This document shows positions 58,088-64,000 of a DNA stretch of 64,000 bases, piece after piece. Made by a program: the position numbers and the translations under genes. Where the stretch lies: assembly GCA_024236295.1 (NCBI GenBank), contig JACKKT010000006.1, positions 146,105 through 210,104 on the forward strand, written 5' to 3'. The number at the start of each line of letters is the position of its first letter. The stretch's first letter is position 1. This DNA is from Kordiimonadaceae bacterium (GTDB taxonomy: Bacteria; Pseudomonadota; Alphaproteobacteria; Sphingomonadales; Emcibacteraceae). A model generated the notes under the pieces. The model did not search any database. It was not told the DNA's origin and saw nothing but the letters and a program-made list of their open reading frames with translations.

Positions 58088-59275
58088 ATGCCTACACCTA
58101 AATCAATTATTGCAGCAGTCAGTACCGCCGCATTACTTGCAACCACCTCACTCGCTAATGCAGAGGATGTAAATGTCAGCTGGAAAGGCGCGCCTGAATT
58201 CTCAAGCGCTGATGGTAACTTTAAAATGAAAATTCGCGGGCGTCTATTCACAGACTGGGCCACAGCATCCGATAATAGTGGTAAAGTTCTCGATGCCACA
58301 GAATTTCGTGCTGCCCGTCTGGGCGTCGAGGGCGTTGTTATGAAAGACGTGAAATATAAGCTTGAGCTTGATTTTGCTGGAAATAAAACTGCCGTTACTG
58401 ATGCAACACTTGTCTGGGCACTGCAACCAGTATCTATTGAAGTTGGTCAGTTTAAAACACCTACTTCGCTGGAAGAACAGACATCAAGCCGCTTTACCAC
58501 TTTCCTTGAACGCGGTAGTTTCACTGATGCATTTGAATTCAGCCGTATGATCGGTATTGCAGCCAATTATGATGAAAATGATGTCACTGTTAAAGCCGGG
58601 GTTTTCCAGGGCAATGCCAATGGCGGAAGCGGAACTGTTCAGGGTCGCACTTATGCCGGTCGGGTAACTTTTGCACCAAAAATCGGCAATGATGGAAGCT
58701 TCATCCATGTTGGTGCCTCAGCCTTCCACCGCGAAAATGATGATAATGTACTTACATTAAGATATCGCCAAAGAGCACAGAGCCACCTAGCTGGACGCTA
58801 TGTCGATACGGGTGTACTGGCAGGAAAGTCGGACACATTTTATGGTGTCGAACTTGCGGGCGTATCAGGACCATTTTCTGCACAGGCAGAATGGGGATGG
58901 ATGAAAACTACAGCTCTGACAGGCGGAACAGACGCTAAATTTAACGGTGGCTATGTTGATGTCAGCTATTTCATTACAGGTGAAAGCCGTGGGTATAAAA
59001 GCGGTACATTTGACCGCGTAAAAGTAACAAATCCTGTATTCAGTGGCGGGGCTGGCGCATGGCAGGTCGCATTTCGTTATGATGTTATTGACCTGACTGA
59101 TACAGCAGCCGCTGTAATTGGTGGAAAACAGGAATCATGTATTTTCGGCGTTAACTGGTATTTAAATAATTATTCACGCGTTATGGCCAACTATTCAAAA
59201 TCTGAAGTCAAAGGCGGTACAAATGATGGTGAATCCATTGATGCATTTGGGTTACGTTTCCAAGTTGATTGGTAA
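58088..59275 (+). CDS. Phosphate-selective porin OprO/OprP family
   Basis: Signal peptide, EFRAARLGVEG, GQFKTPTSLEE, FLER, YFITGE, GVNWYLN, C-terminal RFQVDW. Confidence 0.92.
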   Translation: MPTPKSIIAAVSTAALLATTSLANAEDVNVSWKGAPEFSSADGNFKMKIRGRLFTDWATASDNSGKVLDATEFRAARLGVEGVVMKDVKYKLELDFAGNKTAVTDATLVWALQPVSIEVGQFKTPTSLEEQTSSRFTTFLERGSFTDAFEFSRMIGIAANYDENDVTVKAGVFQGNANGGSGTVQGRTYAGRVTFAPKIGNDGSFIHVGASAFHRENDDNVLTLRYRQRAQSHLAGRYVDTGVLAGKSDTFYGVELAGVSGPFSAQAEWGWMKTTALTGGTDAKFNGGYVDVSYFITGESRGYKSGTFDRVKVTNPVFSGGAGAWQVAFRYDVIDLTDTAAAVIGGKQESCIFGVNWYLNNYSRVMANYSKSEVKGGTNDGESIDAFGLRFQVDW

Positions 59276-59307
59276 GCTATAAAATATCTTTATTGAGTTT
59301 TTTAATG

Positions 59308-59337
59308 AAAAGGCGGAACATTGTTTCCGCTTTTTTT
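59308..59337 (+). terminator. Rho-independent terminator
   Basis: AAAAGGCGGAA-CATTGT-TTCCGCTTTTTTT. Confidence 0.75.
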
Positions 59338-59363
59338 GTTTCTTTTCAATAGGTTATTACATA

Positions 59364-59392
59364 TTGTAATAAAAGCTTAATATTTCTGTCAC
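59364..59392 (+). promoter_or_regulatory. Pho box upstream of pstS
   Basis: TTGTAAT-AAAA-GCTTAAT-ATTT-CTGTCAC at 11-bp pitch. Confidence 0.65.
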
Positions 59393-59494
59393 ATAAGCGC
59401 AACGAAGGCTCGTTATTTTCTCATCAAGTCAGAAAAAGGATGATTCCTTTTTAAATACAAAGTATATTTTGAAACATATTATGGAGAAAAAATA

Positions 59495-60529
59495 ATGTTC
59501 AAAAACCTGAATAAGACTCTTGTCGGTATATCACTGATTAGCGTGTCTTTGATTAATGCTGCCGAAGCCCGCGACCAAATTCGCATTGTCGGCTCATCGA
59601 CAGTATTCCCATTCTCAACAGCTGTTGCCGAAGAATTCGGGCGATCAACTTCATTTAAAACACCGGTGGTTGAGAGCACAGGTTCCGGTGGCGGATTTAA
59701 ACTATTTTGCACAGGTGTCGGCGAAGCGACTCCGGACATTACAAATGCATCACGCGCCATTAAAAGTTCCGAGATTGATCTTTGTGCCAAAAATGGCGTA
59801 AAGGACATCGTTGAAATTACAATCGGATATGATGGAATTGTTCTTGCCAATTCCAAAGAAGCAAAACAAATGAATTTTAAACTTCAGGATATCTGGCTAG
59901 CTCTTGCCAAAGACGTCGTGGTTGATGGTAAAATAGTCCCGAATCCATATAAAACCTGGAACGAAATCAACCCAGACCTTCCTAACAGAAAAATTGAAGT
60001 TCTCGGCCCTCCTCCAACATCAGGTACACGTGATGCTTTTGCTGAGCTTGCTCTTGAGGGCGGATGTAAAACTTTCCCAGAAATTGAAGCTATAAAAGCA
60101 CAAGACGAAAATCGTTATACAGCACTTTGTCATACCATCCGTGAAGACGGCGCTTATATTGAGGCGGGTGAGAATGATAATCTGATAGTTGGAAAACTGC
60201 AGGCTAACCCTAATGCAGTTGGTGTTTTTGGATACAGCTTTCTAGAGGAAAACAGCGATGTTATTCAAGGAAGTATTGTTGAGGGATCAGCCCCAACTTT
60301 TGAAAATATTGCGGATAAAGTATATAAAGTATCCCGTTCCCTTTTCTTTTATGTTAAAAAGGCACATGTCGGTGTCATCCCAGGTATAAAAGAATATTTA
60401 AGTGAATTCCTAAGCGACAAAGCAATGGGTGATTTCGGGTATCTTGCTGAAAAAGGTCTTATTCCTTTAACAAGTGAAGAGCTGGCAAAAGTACGGGTGA
60501 CAGCAGAGAATCTGACACCTTTAAAATAA
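59495..60529 (+). CDS. pstS: Phosphate ABC transporter substrate-binding protein
   Basis: IVGSSTVFP, ESTGSGGG, NASR, PPPTSGTRDAF. Confidence 0.95.
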   Translation: MFKNLNKTLVGISLISVSLINAAEARDQIRIVGSSTVFPFSTAVAEEFGRSTSFKTPVVESTGSGGGFKLFCTGVGEATPDITNASRAIKSSEIDLCAKNGVKDIVEITIGYDGIVLANSKEAKQMNFKLQDIWLALAKDVVVDGKIVPNPYKTWNEINPDLPNRKIEVLGPPPTSGTRDAFAELALEGGCKTFPEIEAIKAQDENRYTALCHTIREDGAYIEAGENDNLIVGKLQANPNAVGVFGYSFLEENSDVIQGSIVEGSAPTFENIADKVYKVSRSLFFYVKKAHVGVIPGIKEYLSEFLSDKAMGDFGYLAEKGLIPLTSEELAKVRVTAENLTPLK

Positions 60530-60542
60530 TAAACCAATAATA

Positions 60543-60569
60543 GAAAGGCCGGTTTAATGCCGGCCTTTC
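60543..60569 (+). terminator. Intergenic hairpin after pstS (terminator or mRNA stabiliser)
   Basis: GAAAGGCCGG-TTTAATG-CCGGCCTTTC. Confidence 0.65.
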
Positions 60570-60602
60570 ATCAAAAAAATTATTCAATGTGGTGCCGATT
60601 TA

Positions 60603-61973
60603 ATGAGTGCATATTTATTATTTATAATCCTAATACTTATTCTGACCTGCTTTTATTATGTTGCTAAAAATCGGTCACTTTTATTAGTTGATGGCGATAT
60701 TAAAAAATTGCACTCACTTCCTACACACTATGGATGGTCAGCCGGGGTAAATAGTTTTATTCCCGGCTTTATCATTTTATCGATTTGGGCAATTTCAAAA
60801 GATAGCCTTATAAATAAACTCATGATATCCCAGTTAGGGACAGAAGCAGCATCCTTGCCAGCTTTTGAGCTAAATGCATTATTGAACAATATTAGTAATT
60901 ACGTTGCTACAGGCGCGGGCGATGAAAATCTGGCTGTATATGCTGAATATTACAGAACTGTATCAGAAAAAATTGCCTGGAGTTTCTTTTTGGCATCCAT
61001 CGGTGTCAGCTGTATTTCTGGATATTATACACTTTATAAAATGTCGCCTGCCGTAAATTCAAGAAATCATCTTGAAACGATCATCAAAGTGTTGCTTTTG
61101 GCATTTTCGGTCATCGCGATTATTACAACAATTGGTATTGTCTTTTCGCTTTTGTTTGAAAGCATCCGCTTTTTTGATCAGATTTCCATTACGGAATTTG
61201 TTTTTGGCACCAAATGGAGTCCACAAACTGCAATTCGCGCAGATCAGGTCGGCAGCTCGGGGGCCTTTGGGGCAGTACCGCTTTTTATGGGCACAATGCT
61301 GATCACGGTTATTGCCATGCTAATAGCCGGTCCAATAGGTCTTCTTTCGGCTATTTATATGGCAGAATTTGCCAATAAAAGAATTCGTAAAATTGCAAAG
61401 CCCCTGCTTGAAATCCTTGCAGGCATTCCCACAGTCGTTTATGGCTTCATTGCGGCTTTGGTTGTGGCTCCGTTTATTCGTGACACCGGTGCTCTGTTTG
61501 GTCTTGAAATAGCATCTGAAAGCGCCCTGGCTGCCGGAATAGTTATGGGGGTTATGATTATTCCCCTTATTTCTTCATTATCAGATGACGTTATAAGCGT
61601 CGTGCCACAAAGTCTCCGTGAAGGATCACTCGGTCTTGGCGCAACACAGACAGAAACGATTTTAAAAGTTATACTGCCGTCCGCGCTTCCGGGTGTTGTT
61701 GGTGCGCTTCTTCTAGCAACATCCCGGGCTATCGGTGAGACGATGATTGTTGTAATGGCGGCGGGTATGGCTGCTAATCTAACCATAAATCCGCTGGAAG
61801 CCGTAACAACAGTTACTGTGCAGATTGTCGCCCTGCTTACCGGAGACCAGGAATTTGCCAGCGCTAAAACCCTATCTGCCTTTGCACTTGGGCTTGCACT
61901 GTTTTTTACCACATTGGCACTTAATGCTATCGCGTTAATTATAGTCAAAAAATATAGAGAGCAATATGACTGA
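60603..61973 (+). CDS. pstC: Phosphate ABC transporter permease
   Basis: KPLLEILAGIPTVVYG, SRAIGETMIV. Confidence 0.95.
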   Translation: MSAYLLFIILILILTCFYYVAKNRSLLLVDGDIKKLHSLPTHYGWSAGVNSFIPGFIILSIWAISKDSLINKLMISQLGTEAASLPAFELNALLNNISNYVATGAGDENLAVYAEYYRTVSEKIAWSFFLASIGVSCISGYYTLYKMSPAVNSRNHLETIIKVLLLAFSVIAIITTIGIVFSLLFESIRFFDQISITEFVFGTKWSPQTAIRADQVGSSGAFGAVPLFMGTMLITVIAMLIAGPIGLLSAIYMAEFANKRIRKIAKPLLEILAGIPTVVYGFIAALVVAPFIRDTGALFGLEIASESALAAGIVMGVMIIPLISSLSDDVISVVPQSLREGSLGLGATQTETILKVILPSALPGVVGALLLATSRAIGETMIVVMAAGMAANLTINPLEAVTTVTVQIVALLTGDQEFASAKTLSAFALGLALFFTTLALNAIALIIVKKYREQYD

Positions 61974-63294
61974 TACTCCCGACAATGATCAGGCAACTGC
62001 CCGGGTAACCTGGCATTCAGAAGAACAAAAAAGTCGTCTGAAAAGCCGATATAGAAAAGAAAAAATATTCAAATTTTTCGCAATGTCCAGCCTTGCGGCC
62101 GCTATTGCCGCTCTGGTTGTTGTTCTGGGAAGCATTATCATGACAGGCTCAAGCGGTTTTACAGAAACACGCATTGAAATGGATATATTCCTGGATAAGA
62201 CTATTCTGGGAGATCTGCCAACAAACGATAGACAGGAATTTGAAAAGCAGGTCGCAGGTGCCAATATCAACAGAATACTTGTCAGCTCGTTGCAAAAAGA
62301 ATTCCCTGAGGTCACAAAACGTTCAGATGTTTTTGCTCTCTTGCGTCTGTTCAGTGTCGGTGCCCAAACGGATATTCGCGATGTCATTCTGAACGACCCA
62401 TCAGTCATAGGCGAAACTGTACCAGTTGATCTTCTTGCTTCAAGTAATGTTGACATGCTGATCAAAGGCAATATTTCAAGAGACATACCGGAAACGGACC
62501 GGAAAATTTCAGATCAGCAAATTGCCTGGGTTGATCAGCTTAATAATGCTGGAAAGGTAACACAGGGTTTTAACTGGTCGTTCTTTGTTTCAGGTGACAG
62601 CCGGGAACCTGAACTTGCCGGCATCTGGAGCGCGACCATTGGTTCATTCCTGACATTGCTGGTCACATTTTTGATTGCTTTCCCGATCGGGGTCGGTTCT
62701 GCCATATACCTTGAAGAATTCGCCCCTAAGAACCGCCTTACAGACCTTATTGAAATAAACATTAACAATCTTGCAGCTGTCCCCTCAATTATATTTGGTC
62801 TGTTAGGTCTGGCGATCTTTATTAATTATATTAATCTTCCACGTTCTGCACCACTGGTTGGGGGGCTTACTTTGGCGCTCATGACATTACCAACTATTAT
62901 TATTACTTCACGTGCCGCATTGAAGGCTGTACCACCATCAATTAAAGAAGCAGCAATCGGCTTGGGTGCATCACATATGCAGACAGTTTTTCATCATGTA
63001 CTTCCATTAAGTATGCCTGGTATTCTGACCGGTTCTATTATTGGGATGGCACAAGCGCTTGGTGAAACAGCACCCCTGATCATGATAGGAATGGTCGCTT
63101 TTATCGTGGATACACCGGGAAGTATAATGGAAGCTTCAACCGCCCTTCCCGTTCAGGTCTATTTGTGGGCAGATAGTCCCGAACGTGGCTTCCTTGAGAA
63201 AACATCTGCTGCTATAATGGTGTTACTCGCATTTCTCATAATCATGAATGGATTGGCCATCTGGCTTAGGCAAAAGTTTGAAAAAAAATGGTAG
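61966..63294 (+). CDS. pstA: Phosphate ABC transporter permease
   Basis: [27 protein letters not shown]. Confidence 0.95.
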   Translation: MTDTPDNDQATARVTWHSEEQKSRLKSRYRKEKIFKFFAMSSLAAAIAALVVVLGSIIMTGSSGFTETRIEMDIFLDKTILGDLPTNDRQEFEKQVAGANINRILVSSLQKEFPEVTKRSDVFALLRLFSVGAQTDIRDVILNDPSVIGETVPVDLLASSNVDMLIKGNISRDIPETDRKISDQQIAWVDQLNNAGKVTQGFNWSFFVSGDSREPELAGIWSATIGSFLTLLVTFLIAFPIGVGSAIYLEEFAPKNRLTDLIEININNLAAVPSIIFGLLGLAIFINYINLPRSAPLVGGLTLALMTLPTIIITSRAALKAVPPSIKEAAIGLGASHMQTVFHHVLPLSMPGILTGSIIGMAQALGETAPLIMIGMVAFIVDTPGSIMEASTALPVQVYLWADSPERGFLEKTSAAIMVLLAFLIIMNGLAIWLRQKFEKKW

Positions 63295-63299
63295 AAAAT

Positions 63300-64000
63300 A
63301 TGAATATGCAATCTTCTAAAAACGAAATCGGTGGCCAGCAAAAAGCCATTACACCAAAAATGCGCGCCAGAAAAGTCAATGTATATTACGGTGAAAACCA
63401 TGCTCTCAAAGATATCAATCTGGATATTAACCCTAACGAAGTAACTGCATTAATCGGACCTTCAGGTTGCGGGAAATCAACTTTCCTGCGTTCACTGAAC
63501 AGAATGAATGACATTATTGATATATGCCGTGTCGAAGGAACAATCACTCTCGACGGAGAAGACATCAATGATAAATCAATTGACGTTGTCCAGCTTCGTG
63601 CCCGAATTGGCATGGTTTTTCAAAAACCAAATCCGTTTCCAAAATCCATATATGACAATATTGCCTATGGCCCTCGTATCCACGGGATTGCCAAGAACAA
63701 ACATGAACTTGATGAAATTGTTCATTCAAGTCTTAAAAAAGCGGGCCTATGGAACGAAGTCCACGACAGACTGGATGCATCAGGAACTTCCCTTTCCGGT
63801 GGACAGCAACAAAGACTTTGTATTGCAAGAACAATAGCTATTGAACCGGAAGTGATCTTGATGGATGAGCCCTGCTCTGCACTTGATCCCATTGCAACAG
63901 CCGTAATTGAGGAACTGATTGACGAACTGAAAAGTAGATATGCCATCGTTATTGTCACCCATTCAATGCAGCAGGCAGCAAGAATTTCACAAAAAACAGC
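63300..64000 (+). CDS. pstB: Phosphate ABC transporter ATPase (partial, runs off window)
   Basis: ATG 63300: ...[24 protein letters not shown]...[13 protein letters not shown]...LSGGQQQR...[10 protein letters not shown]. Confidence 0.95.
   Translation, partial: MNMQSSKNEIGGQQKAITPKMRARKVNVYYGENHALKDINLDINPNEVTALIGPSGCGKSTFLRSLNRMNDIIDICRVEGTITLDGEDINDKSIDVVQLRARIGMVFQKPNPFPKSIYDNIAYGPRIHGIAKNKHELDEIVHSSLKKAGLWNEVHDRLDASGTSLSGGQQQRLCIARTIAIEPEVILMDEPCSALDPIATAVIEELIDELKSRYAIVIVTHSMQQAARISQKT

Overview
Marine alphaproteobacterial chromosome segment; the gene content suggests Emcibacteraceae or a relative, but that is an inference. (1) 1-15585 is the right end of an AT-rich genomic island. It holds a giant RTX adhesin gene running off the left edge, five unrelated cargo genes, a tyrosine integrase with arm-type repeats, and the duplicated 3' half of tRNA-Arg(CCG) as att site. 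Every intergenic gap between the RTX gene and the integrase carries one or two copies (9 in all) of a 26-bp imperfect palindrome, roughly YGTCYGCTTT-GGGTCG-(GAA/ATA/TTT)GCAGNCA. It has 10-bp arms around a near-invariant asymmetric 6-bp spacer, like a tyrosine-recombinase crossover site. It is not attC, dif or CRISPR, and is the best candidate for an undescribed gene-cassette capture/shuffling system. (2) 15.8-30.9 kb: TonB receptor with PhoD, a lone Pycsar-effector-like gene, enoyl-CoA hydratase, cobB, gtrA/gtrB/GT87, DUF1611 and two spermidine-dehydrogenase paralogues. (3) 30.9-47.6 kb: an IclR-associated aromatic catabolic cluster with a compact catabolic reductive dehalogenase, HpaB-like monooxygenase, LigAB-like dioxygenase, aminotransferase, ThDP enzyme, aldehyde dehydrogenase, aldolase and two MFS transporters, linked by three copies of a tandem operator. 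(4) 48.9-49.7 kb: a module bounded by perfect 28-bp inverted repeats, carrying a truncated reading frame and an orphan secreted protein. (5) GST, ABC efflux, histidine kinase, hydrolases, and a Pho-box-preceded porin-pstSCAB locus running off the right edge. All family calls come from motif recognition by eye; no searches were run.
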